From sequence record ON528737: a stretch of 64,000 bases of DNA; one strand, 5' to 3'. The translations under genes were made by a program, and so were the position numbers. The notes under the pieces are model-generated. The model was not told the origin of the DNA. It saw nothing but the letters and a program-made list of their open reading frames with translations, and ran no database searches. How positions within the stretch are numbered: the first letter of the stretch is position 1; each line of letters starts with the position of its first letter. The stretch comes from Shigella phage ESh27. Positions 1-8,357 of this stretch are shown in pieces.

Positions 1-67
1 CCTCGCAGATGTTAAGGCCGTTCAAAGGCGAAAAATAAATACTGGCCAAAATTAACAGGAGGCCTAT

Positions 68-370
68 ATGGCCTTAAGAGCGATAGCCATTGTGGCGATG
101 CTGGGGTTTTTTGCAGCAACGACTCCTATTGTTGGTACTGCATATGTTGACCCGTACTTTGATAACTTTATGGAATCAGGGATTAAAAACGTATATACTT
201 TGTTCGAAATTCAAAATGTTGAGAATTCTGAAAAATTTTATAAGTATATGGCAAAGCATTACAAAAATAGCCCCTGTGATGATGCATTTGAATGCCAGGA
301 ACAAGGCATAAAAACTGCCAGACAATTTGCCGAGTTCATGAAAATAAAATTAGAGCCTACATCTATCTAA
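68..370 (+). CDS. rI: lysis inhibition regulator RI (periplasmic antiholin)
   Basis: 100 aa, N-terminal signal anchor; matches remembered T4 RI (VDPxFDxFMESGI...YKNxPC...FEC); TATAAATA late promoter further downstream. Confidence 0.75.
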   Translation: MALRAIAIVAMLGFFAATTPIVGTAYVDPYFDNFMESGIKNVYTLFEIQNVENSEKFYKYMAKHYKNSPCDDAFECQEQGIKTARQFAEFMKIKLEPTSI

Positions 371-377
371 TTTACTA

Positions 378-405
378 GCCCCTTCCGAAAGGTTGGGGCT
401 TTTTG
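378..405 (+). terminator. rho-independent terminator
   Basis: hairpin agcccc-ttccgaaaggtt-ggggct followed by T-run; identical copy at 1001..1028. Confidence 0.6.
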
Positions 406-413
406 TATAAATA
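406..413 (+). promoter_or_regulatory. T4-type late promoter (TATAAATA)
   Basis: exact TATAAATA about 25 nt upstream of the ATG at 438. Confidence 0.5.
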
Positions 414-437
414 TCCTTGTAAACTAAGAGAGGATAT

Positions 438-995
438 ATGAAATTTTTAAAATATGTAAGTTGGGTTGTTCTTGTTCCTATAGATTGGATCGCAGCGATT
501 TTGGCAATTATTCTAGCACCATTTGTAGTTCCATTCCATAGTGAAAAAACCGGTAAACTACCTTATGGCTTTAACTGGATGATGACTTACGATAATCCTA
601 TCGATGGTGACCGTGGCCATGTTGAACGTTGGTCTAAAATACGTAAAATTCCTGTTATAGGTAAATATGCTCAACGCGTAGCTTGGCTATGGCGAAACAA
701 AGCATATAATTTTTCGTATCATGTTTTAGGGCGTGAAGCTTCATCAGAATGGCACTATAAAGGCAACACCGAAACTAAATCTGGTTCTCCTGACCCAGCA
801 CATCATGGATACCTTTTAGTTTGGAATGAGTCTGCATGGGGATTATTCGCTGCTATACCTTATCTTAAGGTCGGCGGTATTACATTTTATCTGCGCGTTT
901 ACTGTGGTTGGAAACTTAAGAGTCTTTTGAGTCGTCCTATTCCACGCGCAATGCTTTCATTCCATATCAACCCTTTACGATATTACAAAAACTAA
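438..995 (+). CDS. hypothetical membrane-anchored protein
   Basis: 185 aa ORF, hydrophobic N-terminus; flanked by terminators. Confidence 0.6.
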   Translation: MKFLKYVSWVVLVPIDWIAAILAIILAPFVVPFHSEKTGKLPYGFNWMMTYDNPIDGDRGHVERWSKIRKIPVIGKYAQRVAWLWRNKAYNFSYHVLGREASSEWHYKGNTETKSGSPDPAHHGYLLVWNESAWGLFAAIPYLKVGGITFYLRVYCGWKLKSLLSRPIPRAMLSFHINPLRYYKN

Positions 996-1000
996 TCAAA

Positions 1001-1028
1001 GCCCCTTCCGAAAGGTTGGGGCTTTTTT
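1001..1028 (+). terminator. rho-independent terminator
   Basis: same hairpin as 378..405 followed by TTTTTT. Confidence 0.6.
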
Positions 1029-1094
1029 GTATCTATCAGTTTACTTCTCCTCAGGTTGTGTTATAGTAGACCTTACTTACTAGAGGAGAACGTT

Positions 1095-1274
1095 ATGTCA
1101 CGTAAAGAAAAAATTTCTAAGTTAATGTTTTTGATTGAAGAGTACGCTAACGCTGTATCTGATTGGGAAAATGCCCATGGGTGTGAAGACGGTGATATCG
1201 ATATCAATAAGGCAATGAAAAAGATGGCCGACTCCCACACCGAATTGCAAATGTATGTTAACGAGATTATGTGA
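1095..1274 (+). CDS. hypothetical protein
   Basis: 59 aa from ATG after GAGGAGAA Shine-Dalgarno (internal start of track ORF 1056..1274). Confidence 0.5.
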   Translation: MSRKEKISKLMFLIEEYANAVSDWENAHGCEDGDIDINKAMKKMADSHTELQMYVNEIM

Positions 1275-1281
1275 GGATATT

Positions 1282-1491
1282 ATGCTTTACGATTATACTG
1301 GAAAATCTGAAGACGGCGTACTTGAACTTTTACCTGAAAGCGCTGAAGATGATGATATGACGACGGTGATGTTTTGTAAAAATGGCCCTGGGGATAAGGG
1401 ATGGATTTATCTTCGTCAAGAAAATGACCTAATTGTTTTGGACCCTAAACAAGTTGAAGAGCTTTATCAACATTTAAAACACAATCGGTAG
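1282..1491 (+). CDS. hypothetical protein
   Basis: 69 aa; ATG after GAGGA; start adjusted from track ORF 1255..1491. Confidence 0.5.
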   Translation: MLYDYTGKSEDGVLELLPESAEDDDMTTVMFCKNGPGDKGWIYLRQENDLIVLDPKQVEELYQHLKHNR

Positions 1492-1521
1492 TTTACATCT
1501 TGGTAGGACTATGTTATAGTA
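1491..1521 (+). promoter_or_regulatory. early-type promoter within stem-loop (PeSL-like)
   Basis: GTTTAC-N18-TATAGT; 9-bp inverted repeat gtaggacta/tagtcctac flanks the -10. Confidence 0.5.
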
Positions 1522-1548
1522 GTCCTACTAAAACAAACGGAGAACAAA

Positions 1549-1659
1549 ATGAAACTTTTGCTTATCGCTTATGTTGTAGTACAATACAATTATCCGATGT
1601 TTACGTATAACATGGTAAACGGTGTAATGAATCTTATTGAAGCGAGTATGGTAAAATGA
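1549..1659 (+). CDS. hypothetical small protein
   Basis: 36 aa, GGAG SD; below track cut-off, read by eye. Confidence 0.3.
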   Translation: MKLLLIAYVVVQYNYPMFTYNMVNGVMNLIEASMVK

Positions 1660-1835
1660 CCCGTGAACAAGCTAATAAATTGATGGAACTTATCCGTAAC
1701 TTGCGTGAAGCCGATACTGATTTGAATGATGTAGCTCATTGCGAAGTAAATGGTGGCGACGAGTTCTATGAAAAACAGGTTGATGCTTGTCTGAATGATT
1801 TGGTGAATTTTGTTGAAACTTTAATTGGTGAATAA
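1656..1835 (+). CDS. hypothetical protein
   Basis: 59 aa; ATGA overlap with upstream ORF; read by eye. Confidence 0.4.
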   Translation: MTREQANKLMELIRNLREADTDLNDVAHCEVNGGDEFYEKQVDACLNDLVNFVETLIGE

Positions 1836-1836
1836 T

Positions 1837-2367
1837 ATGAAAACTGTAATTGAAACAACTGAGCTGTTTGGCGATTTATGTATCGAAAAACGTGGTTATG
1901 CTTACGTTCTGACACAAGAAGATGATGCTGTTACTATTCTTCCTATGGAACTGGACAAGATTTTGAAACTCAATCCACCAGGCCATGCATCTGTAATTAA
2001 CATTGACGAAGACCTTCAAGTTCGTTTTTATCACGGACTTTATAGTGGGGTTAATATCGAAACTGAAGACGAATGTTTTTCTATTAATAATTGGAAAACA
2101 TTCGTCACTAAGGTGAAAGAATTCATGGAATCTGAACCAGTCAAAAAGGCCAAACTTCAATGGTCTAAATGCCGTAATGCTTTTATTACAAATCTGGTCA
2201 ACCCTGACTCTACAACGGTCCTGAGCGTTAATCCTTCTTATGAAGACGGCGATGTCGTAGTTATTCGCCAAATTGATGACCTTCGTCAACATATCGTTAC
2301 ATTAGACAAAGATGAAGCAGTTGCTCTTAAAGCTTATCTTGATTCTATTATCCCGACTTTGAAATAA
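1837..2367 (+). CDS. hypothetical protein
   Basis: 176 aa; ATG at 1837 inside track ORF 1825..2367. Confidence 0.6.
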   Translation: MKTVIETTELFGDLCIEKRGYAYVLTQEDDAVTILPMELDKILKLNPPGHASVINIDEDLQVRFYHGLYSGVNIETEDECFSINNWKTFVTKVKEFMESEPVKKAKLQWSKCRNAFITNLVNPDSTTVLSVNPSYEDGDVVVIRQIDDLRQHIVTLDKDEAVALKAYLDSIIPTLK

Positions 2368-2376
2368 GGAATTATT

Positions 2377-2850
2377 ATGATTATCAATGAAAACTCTTGG
2401 CATTTTAAAATTTATGCAGCGTTCAATAGTACATGGAATCGTCCGAAAACGTTGTGTGCTTATTTTTGGAAAACGTTAATCCCGGTATTGGCTGTTTCAA
2501 TTATTGGATTTGCGATTTTAGCAGCAGTCATAATCATTGGCCATGAAATTTTAACTAAATTCTTTGTTTTTAGCAGTCTATGGACATTAGTTCCAGCCTC
2601 AATTGGTGTAGGCATTTTAATTGTAGCAGTCATGGCTCTTATTTCTGTTGGGTTGATAATTGGTCCGTCTTGGTTGTTAGACAAATATAACGACAGAAAA
2701 TATTATAAAGAAATTGAGCTCATTGCACAAAACCAAGAACGAATTAAAAATGGACTTGAGCCTATTGAACGTAAGAAATCATTAATAGGTGAATACCTTA
2801 AATCTCGTAAAGAAAAAGTCTGTCCTACTCTTGAATATAAGGCTAAATGA
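2377..2850 (+). CDS. hypothetical membrane protein
   Basis: 157 aa with several hydrophobic helices. Confidence 0.6.
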   Translation: MIINENSWHFKIYAAFNSTWNRPKTLCAYFWKTLIPVLAVSIIGFAILAAVIIIGHEILTKFFVFSSLWTLVPASIGVGILIVAVMALISVGLIIGPSWLLDKYNDRKYYKEIELIAQNQERIKNGLEPIERKKSLIGEYLKSRKEKVCPTLEYKAK

Positions 2851-3836
2851 TGAAAACAATTATGAAAGGCTACTTTGGTAGCCACCTTTATGGAACGTCT
2901 ACTCCTGAATCTGACGTCGATTTTAAAGAAATTTATGTCCCTCATGCTCGTGATATCTTGACCGGTAACGTTAAAGAACATATGAGCAAGAACACGAATA
3001 ACACATCTTCTAAGAACACAAAAGACGACGTGGACCATGAGTTGTATAGTCTCAAATATTTCTTTAAACTAGCTGCAGATGGTGAAACTGTCGCATTAGA
3101 TATGCTTCACACTCCACCAAGTCTAGTAGTTAAATCTGATTTGCCTGATGTATGGAAGTATATTCAAGACAACAGGTCTCGTTTCTATACCACTAACATG
3201 AAATCTTATTTAGGGTATGTCCGTAAGCAAGCTTCTAAATATGGCGTCAAGGGTTCTCGTCTGGCTGTTCTCCGCCAAGCCCTTAAACGTTCTAATGAAT
3301 GGGGACAATACTTTGATAATGGTGCAGTAATTCGTTTATCACATATGAAGAATGTTCTGCCTGTAGGTGAATTTGCTTCATGGGTTGAAACTGAAAACGA
3401 GAAAACAGGTAAGCAAACATTCTATAGTCTGTTGGACCGTAAATTCCAAGACACGTTAACCAATAAAGAGTTCAATGCCATCCTGGTTAAACTTGAAGAG
3501 AACTACGGTGAACGTGCTCGTAAGGCAGAAGCCAATGAAGGTATTGATTGGAAAGCATTGAGTCACGCATGCCGTGGTGGACTTCAGCTCTTAGAAATTT
3601 ACAAAACCGGCGACCTGGTTTACCCGCTTCAGGATGCTCCATTTATTCTCGATGTTAAGCTTGGTAAACATACGTTTAAAACCGTACAGGAATTCCTAGA
3701 AGATATCGTCGACCAAGTTGAACATGCCGCAGAACAAGCCGCTAAGAATGGTATGCAGCAAAAAGTAGATATGAGTTTCTGGGATGACTTCCTTGAGCAA
3801 GTCTACTTAGAAAACCACAATTCATACTATAAATGA
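2847..3836 (+). CDS. putative nucleotidyltransferase (Pol-beta superfamily fold)
   Basis: 329 aa; N-terminal GS-x9-SDVD motif (GSHLYGTSTPESDVDF) typical of minimal nucleotidyltransferases. Confidence 0.6.
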   Translation: MMKTIMKGYFGSHLYGTSTPESDVDFKEIYVPHARDILTGNVKEHMSKNTNNTSSKNTKDDVDHELYSLKYFFKLAADGETVALDMLHTPPSLVVKSDLPDVWKYIQDNRSRFYTTNMKSYLGYVRKQASKYGVKGSRLAVLRQALKRSNEWGQYFDNGAVIRLSHMKNVLPVGEFASWVETENEKTGKQTFYSLLDRKFQDTLTNKEFNAILVKLEENYGERARKAEANEGIDWKALSHACRGGLQLLEIYKTGDLVYPLQDAPFILDVKLGKHTFKTVQEFLEDIVDQVEHAAEQAAKNGMQQKVDMSFWDDFLEQVYLENHNSYYK

Positions 3837-3839
3837 TAA

Positions 3840-3857
3840 GGGCCTTCGGGCCCTTTA
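3840..3857 (+). terminator. rho-independent terminator (UUCG loop)
   Basis: gggccttcgggccc followed by TTT. Confidence 0.55.
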
Positions 3858-3884
3858 GGGGGTCAAAATATTTTTAAAAAGTAG

Positions 3885-3913
3885 TGTACATGCTTTTAGG
3901 ATATGTTATTATA
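3885..3913 (+). promoter_or_regulatory. early-type promoter
   Basis: TGTACA-N16-TATTAT followed by conserved agacctatc. Confidence 0.45.
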
Positions 3914-3940
3914 GACCTATCAAAACAAGAGGAAAACAAA

Positions 3941-4159
3941 ATGAAAACCAAAATGTTAGAAATGATTCGTGAAGCTGGTGATAAAGGTCTTATGGTTAAC
4001 ACTCGTGATGCAGACCAACGTCAAGCATTCGGTGAACTGAAAGCTAAAGGTCTAGTTAAAGCATCCTTGGGAATCGGTAACGCATTACGAGTCACTTTGA
4101 CTCCTGCTGGTAAAGCAATGTTCTTTCAACCTCTTACCAAAAAATCTCGTCGCAAATAA
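3941..4159 (+). CDS. hypothetical protein
   Basis: 72 aa; ATG after AAGAGGAAAA SD. Confidence 0.55.
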   Translation: MKTKMLEMIREAGDKGLMVNTRDADQRQAFGELKAKGLVKASLGIGNALRVTLTPAGKAMFFQPLTKKSRRK

Positions 4160-4161
4160 TT

Positions 4162-4192
4162 GTTTACTTTTGCTTTAAACATGTTATTATAG
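4162..4192 (+). promoter_or_regulatory. early-type promoter
   Basis: GTTTAC-N17-TATTAT-agacctatc. Confidence 0.5.
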
Positions 4193-4229
4193 ACCTATCG
4201 AAACGAAATGAGTAAATTTGGAGAATAAA

Positions 4230-5210
4230 ATGTTCAACGTTCAAATCAAAAAAGGTATCTATCGTAATAACGAAATCTCTGGTTCTTATGTTGCCACAAA
4301 GACATGGTTCCCGGCAAAGCTTAATCCTGAATGTTCCCACTTAGGTGACGGTAAAATTTTCGTTATGATTGATGGTTCTGAACGTGGAGTATGGGTCTTC
4401 AAATCAGACATCGTAATGGAAGGAGTTGAGACATCACCAGTTGCAGTTATTGAAAGCGCTGAAGATATGAAAACTCGTATCAACAAACGCTTTAAAGTAA
4501 TGAACATGATGACGAATGGCATTATCGATGGCAAAATTCGTTCACTCATTATTTCAGGTGCAGCAGGTATTGGTAAGACGTATTCTCTGGATAAAGCACT
4601 TAATAATGCTAATGATAATGGTTTCATCAAATACAAAAGCATTAATGGCAAAATCTCTGGTATTGGCCTTTACGAACAACTTTGGCTCAACCGTGATGCA
4701 GACAGCGTTCTCTTAATCGATGACGTTGACGTATTCTCAGATATGGATATCTTGAACCTTCTTAAAGCAGCATTAGATACTGGCGATAAACGCAAAGTTT
4801 GCTGGAGCACTGCATCATCTTATCTTGATGATAAGGGTATCGATAAAGAATTTGAGTTTGAAGGTACTATCGTTTTCATTACAAACGTTGATATCGATAA
4901 AGAGTTAGAACGCGGTTCGAAACTTGCTCCACACCTTCAAGCTTTAGTATCTCGTTCAGTGTATTTGGACCTTGGAGTACACTCTAATGAAGAGATTATG
5001 GTCCGAGTTGAAGATGTAATATTATCTACTGACATGATGCAGAAACGTGGTCTGACTGATGCTGAAACGTATAAAGCATTGTCCTGGATGAAGGCTAACA
5101 TATCTCGTCTTCGCAATGTATCATTACGTACGGCTCTTTATGTAGCAGATTTTATTTCAACTGATAAAGACGGTTGGGAGGAAATCTCCGAAGTAACTTT
5201 ACTGAAATAA
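4230..5210 (+). CDS. P-loop ATPase (AAA-like)
   Basis: 326 aa; Walker A GAAGIGKT and Walker B VLLIDDVD. Confidence 0.65.
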   Translation: MFNVQIKKGIYRNNEISGSYVATKTWFPAKLNPECSHLGDGKIFVMIDGSERGVWVFKSDIVMEGVETSPVAVIESAEDMKTRINKRFKVMNMMTNGIIDGKIRSLIISGAAGIGKTYSLDKALNNANDNGFIKYKSINGKISGIGLYEQLWLNRDADSVLLIDDVDVFSDMDILNLLKAALDTGDKRKVCWSTASSYLDDKGIDKEFEFEGTIVFITNVDIDKELERGSKLAPHLQALVSRSVYLDLGVHSNEEIMVRVEDVILSTDMMQKRGLTDAETYKALSWMKANISRLRNVSLRTALYVADFISTDKDGWEEISEVTLLK

Positions 5211-5348
5211 ACTTACAGGAAGTCCTGAGGTAACAAAAGCCATAAAGATGAATAATCATATGGCTTACCTCAAAGAAGGACACCAGGAACCTACTGAGGG
5301 CATAGAAATATTTAAAAATAATGATGTACAAATCAAAGAGGATATGTT

Positions 5349-5636
5349 ATGGATTTTATGCAAAAAATTAAAGCCGCAGTCGAACTCTATGCTCATCGTA
5401 TGGTTAGTTCTACGATGCAATATAGCGAGGATGTTCGCCAGGACTCTTCCTTGAAAGGAAAAACTAAAGCCTTAATTACCTTAGATCGTTTGCAAAAGAA
5501 TGCCCTAGAGATGCTCCAGTACGACAAGGGTGTATATAAGAAAGAACAGGAAGAGAAACTTAAATCTGAAAAATTACAAAAAATCCCGAAGTCTGTTTGG
5601 TTCAGTGGAAAAAATACCGAAAAAAGTTTCTTTTAG
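5349..5636 (+). CDS. hypothetical protein
   Basis: 95 aa; AGAGGA SD; competes with overlapping ORF 5248..5454. Confidence 0.4.
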   Translation: MDFMQKIKAAVELYAHRMVSSTMQYSEDVRQDSSLKGKTKALITLDRLQKNALEMLQYDKGVYKKEQEEKLKSEKLQKIPKSVWFSGKNTEKSFF

Positions 5637-5638
5637 TT

Positions 5639-5668
5639 GTTTACAAGGTCTATGGTTATGTTATTATA
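5639..5668 (+). promoter_or_regulatory. early-type promoter within stem-loop
   Basis: GTTTAC-N17-TATTAT; ggtctat/atagacc inverted repeat. Confidence 0.5.
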
Positions 5669-5694
5669 GACCTATCAACTACTGGAGGTAAAAC

Positions 5695-6222
5695 ATGAAC
5701 GCTAAAGATATTTTCAACCTGGTAAATTATAACGACGGTAAATTTAAATCTGAAGCACAAAGCAAGTTCTTTAATGACGTTGCTTATGGTAACGAGATTA
5801 CCGTGGACGGAGGTCAGATTTTCAAATCTCGCTGGAATTGGATTGTTATCATCGATTCGATTGGAATTGTGGAAGTCTACAAAAACACTAACAAAAAACG
5901 TACATTATTCTGGTCTCGTGAAACTAACGAGCAGTACAAAAAGGATAAAGCATCTCGTTTATCCAAAGTAACCAAGGAAGATATCGAGTTTATCAAGAAA
6001 GATATCGAGATGTACGAAAATTTAATCGCTGAAGACCAGGCAGTACTCGATAAGTTTGATGAAATTAAAGCTTCTCGTGAAATCCCTGACTTCATGAAAG
6101 AAACAGTAAACGAACGATACGCTCTCACTTCAGAACGTATTGCAAACTATACAAAACAGAAATCAGAACGTATTAGTACTCTTCGGAAATTTGAAGAACG
6201 TTTAAAGACGGTTCACGCATAA
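5695..6222 (+). CDS. hypothetical protein
   Basis: 175 aa; GGAGG SD. Confidence 0.6.
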   Translation: MNAKDIFNLVNYNDGKFKSEAQSKFFNDVAYGNEITVDGGQIFKSRWNWIVIIDSIGIVEVYKNTNKKRTLFWSRETNEQYKKDKASRLSKVTKEDIEFIKKDIEMYENLIAEDQAVLDKFDEIKASREIPDFMKETVNERYALTSERIANYTKQKSERISTLRKFEERLKTVHA

Positions 6223-6223
6223 A

Positions 6224-6249
6224 CGCTTTACCCAAGGACGGGTTATAAT
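6224..6249 (+). promoter_or_regulatory. middle-type promoter candidate (Mot-box-like plus -10)
   Basis: cGCTTTAc about 12 nt upstream of TATAAT; resembles T4 MotA-dependent promoter geometry. Confidence 0.3.
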
Positions 6250-6284
6250 GGTTTTGAGTTCCAATTCAATCTGAGGAAATAGTT

Positions 6285-7280
6285 ATGAGCATTACATCTG
6301 ATGCGGTAAAACATGAAATTAACGGTTTATGTGCTTCACAGATTAAAGTGTGGTTTAAAGACCATAACGATCGCAGAGCACTTAATTATGAGCAAATTGC
6401 TATCCAAGTTCATCAATTACTGACTAGTAAATTTGATTTTCATATGCCGTCTGAAATCTATACTAATCTGCCGCGAGCACTTATTAAAGCGTGTAAAGGT
6501 TATGGAAAATCAATGGCTGATGGAATCTTCAGCGCGCTGAATAAACTTAACGTTCTGTCGATGATTAACTCTAACAACATCCTGCGTAATCTAGGACGTA
6601 CTGATTTGTTCGGTCGTGAACAGTGTAAAATGCCTTTGAAATGGATCGTTGCTCATCTTAACGAGAACCAAACACGTTTTATGGCTGTAACAGCACGTTT
6701 ACAAATGGGCCTAGATCGTCAGATGAACTTTAAAACTCATCCACGTTATTCAGGTTCAACAGACTTTTATAAATGCGAGCTTCAAAAGGTCGGTGGCAAA
6801 ACTGTCTTAGTAGTTCGTGTAACGTTTGAAGGACGACGTCAAGGATATTTTGACATAATCGGCTCTGGACTTAAACATTGCGGATTTATCGACGAAGTTG
6901 ATATCAAGCGAGACGGCATTGGATACCGTATTGGATATGTTTGTACTCTTAAAGAAGAGATTTCAGGACCAGCACCAGGACTAAAAGACGTTAGATATAA
7001 AGACGAGCTCGTCGAAGAAATAAAAGAAGTTGAATATGATATCAACCAAGAAGATGCTCTTAAAGACCTTATTGATGAACTGAACCAAGACGTTATTCCG
7101 GTTCAGAAATTTGAATCAAAACATGCTGAGCAAATCAAATACTTTGAAGCTTTGATTAACGAACTTAATGTAACTATTCAACAGACCGACGATGAAATCT
7201 CACGATTGGCCGGATTGAACGGCAAAAATAAAACAGAACGAGCTAATCTTATTCAAGTAGTAAAACTTCTTAAGGAATGA
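6285..7280 (+). CDS. hypothetical protein with C-terminal coiled coil
   Basis: 331 aa; heptad-rich charged C-terminus. Confidence 0.6.
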   Translation: MSITSDAVKHEINGLCASQIKVWFKDHNDRRALNYEQIAIQVHQLLTSKFDFHMPSEIYTNLPRALIKACKGYGKSMADGIFSALNKLNVLSMINSNNILRNLGRTDLFGREQCKMPLKWIVAHLNENQTRFMAVTARLQMGLDRQMNFKTHPRYSGSTDFYKCELQKVGGKTVLVVRVTFEGRRQGYFDIIGSGLKHCGFIDEVDIKRDGIGYRIGYVCTLKEEISGPAPGLKDVRYKDELVEEIKEVEYDINQEDALKDLIDELNQDVIPVQKFESKHAEQIKYFEALINELNVTIQQTDDEISRLAGLNGKNKTERANLIQVVKLLKE

Positions 7281-7309
7281 TGTACAACCAAGGATGGTTG
7301 GAGTATAAT
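7281..7309 (+). promoter_or_regulatory. early-type promoter within stem-loop
   Basis: TGTACA-N17-TATAAT; core caaccaaggatggttggagtataat repeated at 8305 and 49382. Confidence 0.5.
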
Positions 7310-7335
7310 AAATTTTTCAACATGAGGAATATAAA

Positions 7336-8295
7336 ATGGCTCCTATTACACGTAGAGAACTTATCAAAGAATTTACCTCGAACGCATATACCCCAGGACC
7401 TAATCCTATCCGTATGCCTGTAAAGACACCTGAAGAGATTGAGGAAATCTGTTCATATTATGGGATTAATTCTCGTAAGTTTACTCAATTTGAATGTGTT
7501 ACTAACACACCCGTTAAAGAGTTCATTAAAAATGGTGAGTTCAGCCGTTTACTGGCCAAACAGAAACTTCGTAATTTTTGTATTGGCGGTTATGGACAAT
7601 ATTTCGCTAAGCAGTTCCGGAATAACCTTAACAATCTGATGGCCATTGCTTCTCGTATTCGTCCTCAAGCAATTAACATGAAACATTTGAAATATACTTA
7701 CGATAAGTTGGAAATCATGGTTATCAGTGAGAACGAGTTCACTCTTACGTATAAACCTAAGAATGATAACGTTGCTCGTGTATTCCACCAAGCGTTGGAA
7801 GTTTTAGGTGATAATATCCACGAGATTAAAGCAATTTATTCTCGTGAGCTTAATATTATCGACGTTATCAAGAATAAGGGCCATATCGCTATCCAGGCTC
7901 GTGTATCTATTGGTAAAAAGGTTCCTGCGCCATGGTGGCACAAAGACTCTGAATACTATCAAAATCTTAAAAAGGAAAATGCATTGTTTGAAGGCAATAT
8001 TACAGCAACACCAGTCGGTAATGCAGAGGTTCTAGGCGCATATTCTCCGGCACAATCTGGTATGTTTAAAGGTTTGCCAAATGTGTGCAAACTGTCGGCA
8101 GTAAAACTAAATGTTTCTAATGACCTTCTTCCGGCTGAAGATTATCATTACAATCAAATCAAGGCTACTGTAGACCAACTGTCTGCTGAACTTGATAAGG
8201 CACAAGCTAAGCTTCGTGATGCTCAACAGGTGGTGACCAATCTCCAGTTGCAGTACTCTAAACTTTTTAACGCAATGAATGCATTAAAATCATAA
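7336..8295 (+). CDS. hypothetical protein with C-terminal coiled coil
   Basis: 319 aa. Confidence 0.6.
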   Translation: MAPITRRELIKEFTSNAYTPGPNPIRMPVKTPEEIEEICSYYGINSRKFTQFECVTNTPVKEFIKNGEFSRLLAKQKLRNFCIGGYGQYFAKQFRNNLNNLMAIASRIRPQAINMKHLKYTYDKLEIMVISENEFTLTYKPKNDNVARVFHQALEVLGDNIHEIKAIYSRELNIIDVIKNKGHIAIQARVSIGKKVPAPWWHKDSEYYQNLKKENALFEGNITATPVGNAEVLGAYSPAQSGMFKGLPNVCKLSAVKLNVSNDLLPAEDYHYNQIKATVDQLSAELDKAQAKLRDAQQVVTNLQLQYSKLFNAMNALKS

Positions 8296-8299
8296 ATCA

Positions 8300-8329
8300 G
8301 TTTACAACCAAGGATGGTTGGAGTATAAT
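8300..8329 (+). promoter_or_regulatory. early-type promoter within stem-loop
   Basis: GTTTAC-N18-TATAAT; same 25-mer core as 7285 and 49382. Confidence 0.5.
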
Positions 8330-8357
8330 GAATCTATCTTAACGAGAGGAAAATATT

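Noticed and set aside
90-311. 73-aa ORF in an alternative frame of rI
   Set aside because: Fully overlapped by the rI reading frame, which has recognisable sequence.
1876-2292. 138-aa minus-strand ORF
   Set aside because: Antisense to + strand ORF 1837..2367, which has a proper SD and fits the all-plus operon structure.
5248-5454. 68-aa + strand ORF overlapping 5349..5636
   Set aside because: The alternative frame starting at 5349 has a better SD and extends to the next promoter cassette; only one of the two is likely real.
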